A stretch of 64,000 bases of DNA, taken from positions 1,106,786-1,170,785 of the forward strand of contig OZ287702.1 of assembly GCA_965649825.1 (NCBI GenBank), given 5' to 3'. Below the pieces are notes generated by a model that ran no database searches, was not told the DNA's origin, and saw only the letters and a program-made list of their open reading frames with translations. The DNA is from Penicillus capitatus. Lineage: Eukaryota; Plantae; Chlorophyta. Both the position numbers and the translations under genes were made by a program. The first letter of the stretch is position 1; each line of letters starts with the position of its first letter. Below, one piece after another: positions 34,571 through 49,715 of the stretch.

Positions 34571-35928
34571 TCAATGGCTCTTGGCGGTGCGACCTTTTTT
34601 GGATCCTGAGTAGAATTTCTCCTTTAACTCGAAACAGGATTTCAGTTCATAACGATTTGCTGCCTCACCACCATGCGTCGAACGAATACGACTTTGTTTC
34701 CGTTTCTCCTCGCGGCAATTGTCTTCAAGTATCCTTTTCATGACGCCCTCTACCTGTTGAATCACGCAAATGATCGCTGTGTAAGAAAACCCGACGTCTC
34801 ACGTTGTTCTCAAGGGCTTGTCTTTGACGCGATCCATACGGAAAACTCTGACCGAATCTGATCTTCGATTTGACATAGAACGGAATCTGACGGTACTGTG
34901 TGAGAATCTCTTGCTCATACGGATACTGCCGATGAAGACTGTACACGTCATCATTTCCTCCACTGAAGAAGGACAGAAAAATAAACAGCACAATGGGCAG
35001 CAGACTGATCAGATTAAACATCTGAGCATTGGGATGGTTGCCGTTCGTTGGCACTGCCCCGGATCGAGGCGTCCTGCGAAAACGGCGTGTATGAAACGAC
35101 CTTCTCAGAATGTCATCACCGTCCATCGGGAAACTCCCCCTGCGCATCATCATCATCAGACAGGCCACGACACGAAGGTCGCTGTTCTACCCGAAAAACA
35201 TGTTGAAGATGTGTTCCGGGTCGAAATCGTCGGTATAGAAGTCGTGGCGATGCGGCGCTCGGATGTGCTGCGCGTGCTCCTCTGTGCCAAATCTGTCGTA
35301 GTTTTGTCGTTTGACTGGATCACTGAGACAGGAGAAGGCACGTGAAACAGCTTTGAAGGCCTCCTCCGCTCCAGCAGCTTTGTTCTTGTCGGGATGCAGC
35401 TTCAGAGCCAACTAACACAAAACACAGATATCATCCCCGATCTCCATACCCACACAAACACGTGCTTTCTTGTAGGCTCTCTTAATATCATCCTCCGTTG
35501 CCTCTCTTGTCACATCAAGTGTCTCGTAGAAATCTGTGGCACTCTTGATCTTGGCAATCAAAGCTTTCTGCTCAGGCGTTCCCTACAGTTAAGCGATCCC
35601 TCTTTGCCTGGTCTGTTCGACGCAGAGTGACAAACTTGTGGCTGCTGCTGGGCTCGTGCAGGACGTTGTCTTAGACTCGGTCCAGAGGAAGCGGAAGAAG
35701 AAGGTCCAGCTCGAGCACCCGAAGACAGCTTCTTCATGAATGCCGTTACCTTACGATACACGCGTTCCCTTGAGCGACGATACAAATACCCGTCACTTCA
35801 GGACAGTCGCAGAGCTTCTTTGCCTTCTGTGCAAACTTCTCCGCTTTGGCCAAGTCGCCTTTCTCGGCCGCGCGTTTCGCGACCTCTAAACATCGCAACG
35901 CGTCTTCTTTGTCAAACGCAGAGGCCAT
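34571..35928 (-). CDS. DNAJB12/14-like ER J-domain protein (DUF1977 type)
   Basis: N-terminal [13 protein letters not shown]..., J-domain [59 protein letters not shown] and a lumenal domain. Confidence 0.9.
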
Positions 35929-36074
35929 AGCCGCGGACAATACGTCGCTGCACCAGAACCTGCACTTCGCAAGACGGATACTGCCGTTTCGATGTGAGAC
36001 AGGTCACTGCGAAACAAATCAGAGAAAAGACAACGCGTGTCATTTATCACCTTAACGACAACATTTGAGCGGCA

Positions 36075-39000
36075 TTGGGAGGGCACCTTCGTCTCGATCG
36101 AGGGTTTGCTCGAGCGTTCCATGCAGCGACGACGATTTCCGCGACAGACGTCGTCGCAGCGACGTGCCAGATCTCCATCCATCGCACCTCTGCATCCAAA
36201 CCTCCTTCGAAATGTCGGACCCTTATCGTGCGTGTCCCTTTCTGTCGCACATCTGGGCGAGATGCGCCGAGTAGGGTGAAGCGGCCACGAAGCTATGGCG
36301 TCCGGCAGCGGATTCGCCACGCGTCTCCTCTCGTCGTCTGCTCGACGGACTACACTGAGAAGGATTTAATGCGCCTCACGCTTGTTGGACTTCAACAGAT
36401 CGTGATCGATTACGATCTCGGAGTGTACAAGGGCATGACGAAACGGGCTCTCTCAAAAGAGATACTCAAATCGCGTCCAGATGTCGATATCTACAATTAC
36501 AAAGGGTACACAGGTGCTGTGCAACAGCGAAGTGATATCACTCTGGATTCCTTGGAGTACAACAGCAGAAGCGAACTGATCGACCTGTTAAGCCGCTTTA
36601 CCTCGGAAGAACTGCAGGAGGAGCTGCGAACTCGAAAGGCCTCGACAGCTGGTCTCAAGATGAATATCGTCGAACGCCTGGCTGCACTGTTAGAAGAGGA
36701 GAAGCTGAAAGGAAACTTGTCATCCGATACATCTCCATTGGGTCCTTTGACAAGTGGCAAAACACCTTCGCAGAATGCAGATAAAATGAGTGACGTGGAA
36801 ATGCGAGCTCTGCTGGACAGCCGAATGGGCAGCGGTTTTATCAACTTCTCGAAGTACGTCGACGTGCGATATTTCGTGGAATGCCTCATGTTGGGCGATT
36901 CCCTTTGGAAAGCGCCAAAGATCGATGAAACAAAAGGAAAAATGGTCCAACGTATTGCGAGGGGTATCGAAGTCCTGCAGCCAGAAAACGAGACACTTCA
37001 GTCACTGATCACACGCTGTGAGGAACTGAAGGTGGAGCGAATGGAGAATGACACACATGACATTCTCTTGGAGAAGCTGAAGAAGGACGAAGCCGAACGG
37101 CTCAATGACATCAATAAAGAGGAAGGCGATCTGGAGTACCGTCTGTTTGAACAACTGAAGTTCTGGTTCGAAGACATTCAGGCTCAGCTCGCTTCAGCTC
37201 CAGACTTCCAAACGATTGCTCATGCCTCAGATGAGGTCGTCGTGCGAGAGGCACGCGAGTCAGGCTTCGATGAAGCGTCGGTGGAGGATTGCAGAGAGTT
37301 CCTGAGGGGGAAGAAAATGGTCGAGACACAGTTCTATATGCGTTCTATGGCTCTGCTGTCGACACAAATGATCCACCGTGTCCTGACGATGACAGCACAG
37401 GAGATCAGCTACATGTTTAACCTGTTGTCTCGCCAGATCAGTCTTCTTCACGAATCTAGTGGATACAGAAGTCTCATGCACGTCTTGTTTCTTCAACTGG
37501 CTATACCTGTGTTCGAGTCGTTGTATGAAAGCGTCATGGCGGTGGACGGAGAAACACGGGAAGTCATCGAGCAGTACAACAGTGAGATTGACTTGAGTTA
37601 TGCTGAAGCGGGGGACGAGACAGCTCCCGATCCACCTTTGTCCATCGGGGTCGTATTTGGAGTGACCCATGCGAAGATGATCGAAACCTTCTCGAGTGTC
37701 CATTGCTTAGTGGATCATCTTCAGAGCGCTCCGTACCAGACAGATCCCTTTAACAGAAAACGATCCGATACGAATATGTGTGTTGTCCTCTACTGTGTTC
37801 GAACGGACAAGAAACCGGCAATTGTTCAGAAAATGATGCTGGATGAGTTTCTTAGCCTGGACGTTTCGTACTTTACTCAGCCTCATAGCGAGAGCCGTCA
37901 CGTCGGTCAGACATATGCAGAGTTTAGCGATTTCTTGAACGAACTGAGTCTCTTGCATCACTGTATCTCATTGACGCCTTCTCTCGACGTCGTGGCTGCC
38001 GAAGACGCAGCAGTTGCGACACGGTTGAAAGAATTAGATGATCTCTTCATTGGGAGTTCAAGCTCTGCTCGGCTCATGACAAATAATCGGTTTGGATGTC
38101 TTGTCTATCTGCGTAAGAAGGGCTTTATGATTCCGCCTATCTATCGGTTACGGAAACAGCATCTTGTTGATCTGGAAAAATGGAGTCGAGGATTTGAACG
38201 CTGGTGCGAGTACCACAAAATGAGCAGAGTGCAACAGCTGTTTCAGCTACGGCCCTCCAACATCCACGAGAGAGAGGCACGTGTCGAAAGCACAGGGATC
38301 GCCGAAATTGTGTCGGCATCTCGGAGATTGTTTGAGGAGAAAGGAATGGAAGAAGTCATCATCCAGCCAAAGATGCCAAAGAATAGCTACATCGATTTCT
38401 CTTGTGTTGTCCTGGAGACGAAGCAAGGACCTCTTGCCCTCGCCCCAACGGAATTCGAAGAACTGCCCCCTGAACTCGTCCGAGCATTTTCCTCGCCTCT
38501 TCGACGGCACACACCGCCCAAACGCACAGCAGAAATGGTCCAGGCAATGCGCAATGTTGCTGCACGGGTGTTCAAGGAGTTAGATCTCTCCGGCTATGCA
38601 TGCATCCACGGCCGAGCCATGATCGACTATCAGAAAGAAGAAGACCTGAAAAACGAAAAGCTCGAGTATCCACGGCCGATCCCTGATATCCCTTCCCCAG
38701 AAGATGAGTTGGAGCTGCCGCCTGAGCTGATCGAACATATGGAGCATCTTTACGAGGAGCGAGAGAAGGAGTTGGATGAACTGGTCGAGAGCTATGATAC
38801 ATCGAGGTATACACTCGATGCGCTTCGCTACTTCGAGTTTCTGGACGAAGAGGATGCCAAGAAAGGCATTATTCGAAATCGATACCGGGAGCTCGAAGCA
38901 TGTATTGAACATCTGAGGTTTGCATCTGATCTCTATCTTGGTGCCGTGTTTGAACGTTTTCTCTTGCAGACACCGTAATGACCCAAAGAAGAGCGATCAT

Positions 39001-41229
39001 TCGACGATGATGCAGTCCCTTCGTTGGCAGGAGACGCTGGATGCAATGATTCGAGAGATGGAGAGTCAAGAGCCTTCGATTGCCTCGTTGTGTAAGGGAG
39101 AGGATTTCTCGATCTCGGTTACTGGAGTGGACAGTATTTTGCCCTTTGCTATGGACAGTCTGATTTTTCAGCAGGCGGCTGTTTCTGGACTTTCGCACAG
39201 ATGCGTTCTCATACATTTACTAAATCTAAAGCTCCCAAAGACGTGGCAGATTCCGGCAACGGCAGAGACGCCAGAGAAATGGAATCCGTTCTATCCAGAA
39301 ACGTACGTGGAGGGCGAGTTGGCTGCACACGATCAGCGACCCGCGCAGGTATGGATTCTGTGTGGAGGTGATAATGTGGGACACCAGGCTTCTCTGGCAT
39401 CTGGATTGAACGCACTGCTAAAACTGAGAAGCATGAACGATGTGCAGCCCTATCTCTTCATTCTCGACTGCGGACGGAGAATGGGTGCCACTCCAGAAGT
39501 GCTTAAAGCATTGATCGAGAGACGAGATGGACTGATGGAACAAGGCGTCCCTGAAGAGGAACTCATGGAGGAATGCACCAAGAAGTACTTGGCCAGTCCC
39601 AGAGCCGTCGAGCGCGACATGCCATGGAAGCCTGTCTGGTGTGTCCACGATGCACACACTCTGGTCCCGACCATCGACGAAGCCATCGAAGCCTCCGATC
39701 GTTACAGAGAACTGACAGTCTCGGCCACTGTGTCACACACAACCTTAACAAGCGATTACGAAGATATGCTGCTCGCTTTTCAGGCAGAGCTCAAGGAATC
39801 AGGTGTCGAGGGAGTCTGCAGCCTTTTTGGAGGAAAAGTTGACGAATTGCCGCCCGCAGCAAGAATGATGACGCTGGATGTGTTTGCCACCGAAGCGGCC
39901 AGTGTAGGAGCAACTGTCTTCTCGACAGTACATGGGGATATCGCACAGGATGGAATGCTTCAAGATTTCTTGCGCTCCTACGGCATTGTTTGCACAGGTA
40001 TCCATCCTATTGCTATGCCATTGCTTTCGATCCACCCCCGATCTCGCTGTGCAGGTTGTGGAGTGACAGCATCAAACTTATGTGCCAACAAGCAGGAAAT
40101 GACGGCGTATATCAATCAATTGAAACTGGCATCTGTTTTGCCGAAGAAACCGGTCACGATGATACAGCTAAAAGAATGCGCCAAAGATCTCGAGACAGCC
40201 GAGGAATTCCTCCGAGAGAGCGCGCAGTTCTTGAACAGTGGCACGGAGTTCTGCATCAAACCGGCACGAGATGCCTTCGGATGTGGTGTTGCCCGAATCG
40301 CCTCGGCAAAGGATCTGCAAGTGTATAGCCGAGCGCTGGAAGAGAAATGGGAAATCATTCCTGGCGATCTGCTGACAAGCGGACACTGCACCGTTCCGAT
40401 GCCCAAGCCGTCGTCTGAGACATACTTCCTCGAGCCGTACATCTCTCCGGCCCATCCTTCAGAGGTGGCGGATCTCGCACAGTTGCCAGTGGACAAGGCG
40501 TTTATGGAAGTCAGCTTCGGACTGGTCGGCGAATTTGGACAGATGTGGGTGTTAACGCCATCCCTCGTGTTCACCAACTTGATGTCCGACGATGCGATGG
40601 AAGACCGCCTTGTTCGCGGGAAAAAGCATGTGATGACACCGATTCCTGCATCCCTTATCGATGCCAACTTCGTCGAAACGGCCAAGAAAACAGTAGCCGT
40701 GCTTGCGGACTCTATGGGTCTCGCAGGAGTGGCCCGTGTGGATGCCTTTCTAAGTCCAGTGGATGGAGAACTTATCGTTATCGAGGTCGACACAACACCT
40801 TTTCTGGGAGAGCACTCGCTCATTCTCCAACAGGTTTGTTCTCGTGCACCATATGGAGCGTGATCTGGAATACGATACGTCTAGGCTGCTTTGGAGAGTC
40901 CTCCCATGCTTCCAGACGAAGTCTTTCGGCAGATCTTGGAGGCGGCTCACAAAGATGTTCCTCGATCGTTGACAGAAGTTTCAGAGGCGTTGCCAAAAGA
41001 ACCACCGCAAGGAGAAACCTCTGACGAGACGGAAGAAGATGAGGAGGATCCTTCGGATGTGGATGTGGACATCTGGGATGACAGTAAGCTTTGGGAATCG
41101 GACGATCTGGCAAAGAACGCATCGTTCGAAGCTTCGGATGAGAAACAGGAAACGCTCCGTAATCTATGGGGAAGCGATGACGAGGCAGGAATCACGGATT
41201 CCGACGAGAGCCTTCAGAACACATCGTAA
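36075..41229 (+). CDS. Plastid D-Ala-D-Ala-ligase-family protein (tandem ATP-grasp) with N-terminal SAP/HeH motifs; exact start uncertain
   Basis: ORFs 36075-38978, 38920-40863 and 40891-41229 join via GT-AG introns. Ddl-like motifs: PLALAPTE, RHTPP, ILCGGD...SLASG, TVHG...DG, CIKPARD..G.GV, IEVDTTP. SAP-like LSRFTSEELQEELRTRKASTAGLKMNIVERL. Confidence 0.8.
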
Positions 41230-41291
41230 CACTTTTGCTTAAAGTGAATATATCTGTAAACGCTGCTTCGGAAAGCACATGAGGCGCTTCA

Positions 41292-42635
<1,344 letters not shown>

Positions 42636-43631
42636 TTACTCTGGGCGTCTCCCACGAACGGCGCAATCTATCATCGCAGACGATTCGTCTAGCGTCTAGG
42701 GACGCGGTGAGCGAGACATGTATGGTGGTATTGTTGTTCCCGAGTTTTTAAATCTTAGTAATGTGCCGACTTGCAGAACTGCGACTTGGATGTGTTGCAG
42801 TGAAGTACGGATGACGACGGCTAGAGCAAGTTCTCATACGATTGATACCCAAACTAAAAAACACGAATCAAGATACGACGCGTGGCTCATTACCATCTTC
42901 TCTGATACTGAATAATCCCAAAAGCAGTCATACAAGAATCCTCGTCTTGAACGTTTGACAAGACAGATCTCATTGGAGGAGAACTGGGCAGTCAATAGTC
43001 ATGTTCCGTTTCCAGCTGAACTTCTTCTTTCAAGACACCCACCCCACTTTCTTGAAGTAGCAAAAACCGCATGATGCATCGTTAAGATGACAGCATCTGT
43101 GCCCAGTCAATCGCGCGTCGTGAATATTAATGCAAGCACAGAAACTGCACAAGTGCGTTTTCGTATAGCACTCAATCTCGACCATGTGCCGTTATTTTTC
43201 TTGCACCTTCTCTTTGTATGATAAGAAAAGGAAAACACATGGCTCGATGATAAAGAACAACAGAAAATGGATGAATCATAAGACAGGAAGGAAGAGGAAA
43301 GAAAGAAAGAACGGCTCCACCTCAGGTGTGCATTTGCTTACTTTTCAGACTTTTTTTACCGAGTCCCCCTCACACAAATCGTGACATATATAAGCTCCGA
43401 GATACCCCCTCCTCACAATTTCAGGATTCTCTGGAATCAAAACACTGTCGCGAAAGCGAGATGCCTAACTGGTTTTTGCACAACATAAGTTTAGCACAAG
43501 CAAGACAGAATGCGTCTCTGGAACGAAAAAGTCACTACAGCAATGCTTCTATGATTGGTCAGAAATCATGAAAAGCATTCGATACGATGCGAGATGGAGT
43601 CTGAATGAATCAAATGACAAGGGGTAAGATG

Positions 43632-45109
43632 TTATGCTCGCCTAGGTCGGGTCATGTCATCCAATACTTCTTCTTCACTCTGAAACGGCAGCATGGTCGA
43701 TTGGACTTCCAGCAAAACACCAGTCAGCACCTCACTGTTTCTGCAAACGCACACAGCCACAGGGTCACGAGAGGGAGGGGGAGAGAAGGGCGGACCGTCG
43801 TCTGAGGAAAGGTTGGAGGCGCAGCAGAGGAGTCTTTTTAGAGCACTAAATGGCGCAATCCTCCATCCGCTGGAGCTTTCAACGCTCGAACATCCATCCC
43901 ATGGACAGCAGCGAGAGAAAGCACGCGTGACAGGTTGCCATTTTTGCTTGATCGATTGATGGATGCCTTTCTTGATCTTGGGCGTTGTGAAACTCCATGT
44001 CGTATTGCTCGTAGAGTTCTCCCGAGCACAAGTGAAATGAAACTCGTTCGTGGACGAAGGCGGACCCGTTTGCAGGTTCTTTGCCACAATGTGTTGTAGA
44101 CATATTCCATCCACATTGAATCTCTCTGCTGTACTGTATTCGCCAGACAAATCACTATTGTCAATTGCACTCTGACTCTCCATAACCTCTTCTCTTACGG
44201 AATCCATCTGTTCGAATTCTCCAGACTGAACGAGCGTCGTCATCGAGACGGACTTGTAGAATCCAGTCGTTTTGCCATCAGGTCCCATTCGCCGTCGTCG
44301 CAGTCCCATTGGATGTTGTCTGCACATAGGTGTCCGTGGGATGGGGTGGGTGGATTGGTTAGAGGGTGAGCTTACGTTTCGTTACTGCAGAATTCCTCCT
44401 GGAACGGGGGAATATCTTCGAGTTCATCAAAACTGTGTGCATGTCTGCTTGCTTGGCGAATTACTTTATTGGCAGGCGATCGATTCCGAACATGAAATTG
44501 TTCCTCCCTCGCTTTTTCAATAAGGTACAGCGACATGGTACTTCCTCCAAGAATGACGAATCCTAATTGGACGTGTTCTGAGTCAGGTGTCGCAAACAAG
44601 TCCACTTTAATCCAATAATCGTCGTCTTGGGTGGTGTTGATGTCAGGAATTTCACTTGTGAAACATCCTCGTAGCGATTTGCTCGAGTCGCGTGCTCCCA
44701 AGCTCGCGAAACTGTCCATCACTCTGTGTCCTCCTTTTGCGCGGTCTAAAGTCGGTAGACACTTCAACGGTTCACATTCCGCAGGAGAGGGATAGATCAG
44801 TGTGTCAGGAACCCGGTTTTCATCGAAATTGTCCGAACCGGAGTGTATTGGGTTTTCTTCATGAGCGACCTAATGTTCAAGATGATCATTTGCGATCGTC
44901 TCTCACACTTTTCTCACTTTATCTGCTTCATCGAAAAGGAGTTTATGTTCTGATTCCTTTGTATCAAGTTCTGAGTTTAGTGATTCGGATGCGTCAGACG
45001 GACCGTCGCACCAGACCCCGAGAGACTCGACGGAGACGGACGAGTAGCTCTCCTCTCTCGACGGCTCCTCCCACATTTGTAATGCACTCGATAACATTTC
45101 AACGCTCAT
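43632..45109 (-). CDS. Hypothetical multi-exon protein
   Basis: Three long same-strand ORFs joinable by GT-AG introns (e.g. EADK|VAHEENP). No recognised domain. Confidence 0.55.
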
Positions 45110-46112
45110 GTCTCCGTGTAGGTTTGCGTAGAAATGTGCCTAGTGTACACCAGGGTTTGTTATGAACAGTAGATTAAGGAGCTGTCGCGAATCAGCGCGA
45201 TTTTCTCGACTTGTTAAATCAGGGGGTCGAATGGGCCAGGGCCATTCACAAATGAAAACAATGTAAGAGACGCGGGTTTGCGGATAGTAGCCTGGTAACG
45301 GTTAACGCTGCTGCCGAGGCCCCATCGCAAAAGACAACGCACGTAGCGCGATTACTTGGTCACAGAATGCCGCTGAAGATACTCGACTCAGAAAATCGAA
45401 CACCGCACGGACCTCTGCGTTGACAGAGATAATGCAGTTCTTGCTGAACTGTCGAGGAAGAGAAGGTGATGTCAGCACAGCGACGTAGGATGTTCGCGTT
45501 TCTCTCAAGACGTGTTGATGGTGGTCGACGCAAAAGAAAAAGGACGTCTTTAGACAAGGCGAGTTCGCCGCATGTATCAGGACATGAGCTTTAACCGCCA
45601 CGGAGACACGTGGTCCGCCGTTGCCATGACGCGTCAAAACGCATCGTCACCGAACTTCAGCAACAATGGATTGCTGAACCCGCTCGCTGACAAAGAGATT
45701 CAGAGCGGCTCCTTACGAAAAAGCTGTACGGACAACGCAACGCCGCGTCCAGAAGCTAACGGTCGAACCGTCGCACATGGAGAAAAATTCTAAGCACTGG
45801 CGGGCAATGCACGTAGACAGCACAACCGCTATAATAAACACAATCCCCTGCCCATGGTCTTCGATGAAAAGTCCGTACCGCATATAGTCTGCTTGCGTGC
45901 TGCAGAGGCTGTACAGTAATTATGATCCGCGCCGCAGTGCCTCTCCATCCAACCCGTCAGCATGACAGCCGGTCCAGTGCTGTGCCGTGCTGTGACTCCA
46001 TATCCTTCCATCTTGAGCTGAGGAATCCGCACAAGCTGTCAGCCTTCTGCTCAGCACCATTGTCAAATCGTACGACAGGGCAGTCGGGTCGAAACGATCA
46101 AGATCTTTGTCC

Positions 46113-47991
46113 ATGGTTCTTCGGGCAACGCGGTGCGTCACAGCTCGAACGCGGGTCGTAAGGCGTTATACGCGAAGGAGAAATGTCGTGCTGTCGATTC
46201 TCAATGCTTCTCAAGAAACGGGCTCCCTATATTCCAACGCCTCTGCTCCAAAGCATCTCGTAGAGTGGCTCGAGGTTCGGCACATCGCCGCTGTGGCAGC
46301 GAATTGGCACACGGTCGATTGCGTCATAGAAACACCGAGTGCAGGATTTGAATGTGGCCATTCGCTCAAGCAGCATCGATGGGAAGTTCATTGACAAAAC
46401 AGTTGCTGCCAGAGATTTGCGTTCTGGCGACCTGGCTTTCTCCATTCCTTCCAAAATCGTCGTCACATTGGATCGAGTCTTTGAAGACGGCACACTTGGT
46501 TAGATAACTCTCACCGGCACAGCTGTGCGAATAATGGGCATGACAGCTGAGTTGCTGACGACGGACAAACTGTCAGAATTGGCATGTCTGACGCTATACA
46601 TGATGTACGAGAAGAAGAACGGCCCGAAAAGCTTTTGGCACAGCTTCATCAAAGAACTCGATCGATTGAAGGCCATTGGACAGCAAGGAGCCGAAAGTCC
46701 TGTGCTCTGGCCACAGCAAGAGGTATCCTTGGATTCGCCGAGAGATACAGCCAGCAGGAATGCTGGGATGATGTGACCCAGGCTGAACGATTGCTGATCG
46801 GAAGCCCTGTATTAAAAGAACTGAAAGAACGCATCCGTGGAATTGATGCAGAATACGAAGAGTGTGATACTGTATGGTATCTGGCTGGAAGGTTTGTGCG
46901 TGCGATCCATCTGTGCAATGGCGTGATTGATCTTTCCTTAGTTTGTTCAATGCCTATCCATACGATATTCCAACGGAGTGCTTCAAGAAAGAGACCTTTC
47001 GTCAAGCCTTTGCAGCCATTCAGGCGACGGTTGTGCATTTGCAGAATGTTCCGCTTTCCCGGCGCTTTGCTTTGGTGCCATTGGGACCCCCTCTTCTAAC
47101 GTACTCCTCCACGAGCAAGGTCTACCCTTTGAGTCTTTGCTCCTTTGCCATGGATGGTGACAGGCGCTGCTTACGATGAGTGAAGATGGAAGCAGCGTGG
47201 AACTGCGCGTGGATCGGGCCTATGCCAAAGGTGAACCCATCTTCGCATGGTGTGGCCCACAACCAAATCGACGGCTTCTGATTAACTATGGCATCGTGGA
47301 TGAGAACAACCCTTACGATTTCCTGCAGATCACAACAAGTCTGCTGAAATCGGATCCTCTCTTTCAAACAAAACGAACACTGCTCCTGCAGCATGGATTC
47401 GCTGCACAGAAACAAGTGATGCTTCCTTCAAAGCCCTCCCCACATGCGTCATACAGACGTGCAGGTTTTTCGCCTTCAGCGATCGGGTCCCTTTCCAAAT
47501 GGATTGATCACTTTCATGAGAGTCGCATTCATCCATTCCGAAGAAAAGCTCTTTCACGTGCGCCGCTCTTTTGCAGCTGTCTTCGAAAGACTTGGAATGT
47601 TCCAGAGTGATCTAATGGATCCAACGCTGCCAGATCCCTTGCTGGACGGTGTCATTTGTTCCTGTCTTCTCAATTACCTTCAGTCAAGGCTCCAAAACTA
47701 TAGGTCTATGGTGCATTCCCAAACACTTGTGACATTCATCGCATTTACAGGTCGCCGATCGAAGTCGATCTGCAAACATTGAAAGATCCAAACGCCTCTG
47801 CGAGAGAGAAGGTGGCAGCCACTCTCCTCAGAATCGAGAAGGAGATTCTGCACCGCACTGTCCATGAGCTGCTGAAACGGGCAGGTGTTCAAGGTACACG
47901 GCTCCACTCCGTCATCTTTCCCTCAATTCTCTTTCCAGATGCGAGCGATCTACCGGCTCTGCCACCGAGAGTGCCTGTCGAGCTTTTATGA
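46113..47991 (+). CDS. Rubisco-LSMT-family SET-domain protein, similar to Arabidopsis At5g14260 (SAFE1)
   Basis: LLTTDKLSELACLTLYMMYEKK, YPYDIPTE, VVHLQNVPLSRRFALVPLGPPLL and WCGPQPNRRLLINYG. Confidence 0.88.
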
Positions 47992-48146
47992 GAGATAACC
48001 TGTCACATCACTTTTACTCTCGATTGGTTTTCTGTCTGTTAATGTCATGTCAGCCCAGCGGGCGGTAGATGAATTGGACGGACGATCGTGACGTTCGTAT
48101 ATACGGGTCGATGTCTTCCGCGTTTCTTTAACGGCGTCATCGTGGG

Positions 48147-49628
48147 ATGGGCCAAAAGCTCTCGACTTCAGAAAATCCTTTGATCGAAGCGGCGTTCGAA
48201 GGAGACGAACCCAAACTTGAGCATCTTCTCGAAGCGGGCGGTAACCCTATTCAAACCGTGACACTTAAAGTACAGCATCCCTGCCTCGTTTGCTCATGCG
48301 TTACCCTATCTCCTCTCTAGCAACATGGAGAGGTTTCGCCTGTCGTCGCAGCTGTTCTCAATAACCAACTGCGTGCCGTGCGCCTGCTGCTCGGCACGAT
48401 GACAGCGGCTGAGGTGAACATGCGCTTCGGGACCCGAAAGATGTCGGCATTGCACGTCGCGGCGAGCGAAGGTCACGATGAAATCTGCGAGACGCTACTG
48501 ACAAAAGGTCAACACAGCTCACTACGACCTGAATCGACGCACACTCTTGCTGTTTGTACAGGAGCGGATCAACGTCTGCAGGACGCAGAAGGAAATACGC
48601 CACTGTTAACGGCTGTCCTGAAATGTCAGTTGAGTACAGTATGGGTGCTCACCGAGCATGCCCGACAATGCTATCCTCCAGCATTTTACAACATCACGAA
48701 TGCAAAGGGACAGACAGCTCTGCATGCTGCTTGTGATCTGGGAGATTTGGCGACAGTTTCGTGTCTGCTCAAGGCTGGAGCAGATCCAGACTATCCCATG
48801 AAAGGGAGAGGCCGCAATGGATGGTATCCCATTCACGTGGCTGTGGTGACGGGACATGACGACGTGGTCGCAGCACTGCTGACAGCTGGAAGTCGCATTC
48901 ATGCCGTCGACGAAGCGAAGTACGGGATGACACTGATGCATCTGGCAGTACTGCTGAACTATCCCAAAATCGTTCGTCTGTTGATGGAACATGGAGTAGA
49001 TATCGAGTCGGGCCGAACAAAAGACGTACAGAAAAAACCGAGTGATCTTCCAGCTGACCTCCCATCTCCTCTACTGGTAGCCGTGGCCTACGGCCGCGTC
49101 GACTGTTTCCAAGAAATCCTCAACGCACCACAAGGAGATATCGATCGTTGCACCGAGAAAGGTGGCAGGATCGATCTGCTTGCTCCTGTGCTGGAACGCG
49201 TAGTTGGACGCATACCAGAGACACCAGAGAATCCAATGTCCTGGGCGATTCAGTATCCATGTCGCTATGTTCATCACTCGGTGACGGTGCTGGGATTCAA
49301 AGGACATGTGCATTTCACGAGTGGGATGGAAACAATGACGAAGGGGCACTTTCTCTGCGTCGAGTTACTGTTGTTGGCTGGAGCAGGGATGACTTCTGAA
49401 CAGCTCTTAAAGGTTCAGCAGAATCTTGTCCATGCACGTTCAGCTGGTACATACGACAAAGACATGGAGCGCCTGAACGAGACGATCAAACTTCATTTGT
49501 GGCAGTGTGCGAAGTGTGGCTTGTATGGATTATGGCCAGAGAGCGAAGACGATATCCGAGGAGCACGCTTTTGTTCCGAACACAGTCTTTCTGCACATCA
49601 TCATTTCATTCATCCTTTCCTTCAATGA
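48147..49628 (+). CDS. Ankyrin-repeat protein with an MGQKLS N-myristoylation-like start
   Basis: Multiple ANK repeats (SALHVAASEGH, GNTPLLTAV, GQTALHAAC, GWYPIHVAV, MTLMHLAV) and a C-terminal CxxC...CxxH cluster. Confidence 0.85.
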
Positions 49629-49715
49629 TTTTTCGCTGAGTTGTTAGTTGTCGAAAACTGGGAAGGAGGCAGACAGTATGGGTAAAGTGGGCAGGCATTC
49701 GCGTACGCGTATGTG

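Noticed and set aside
45302-46032. Minus-strand ORFs upstream of the SET gene
   Set aside because: Partly protein-like, but I could not build a gene model or recognise a family.
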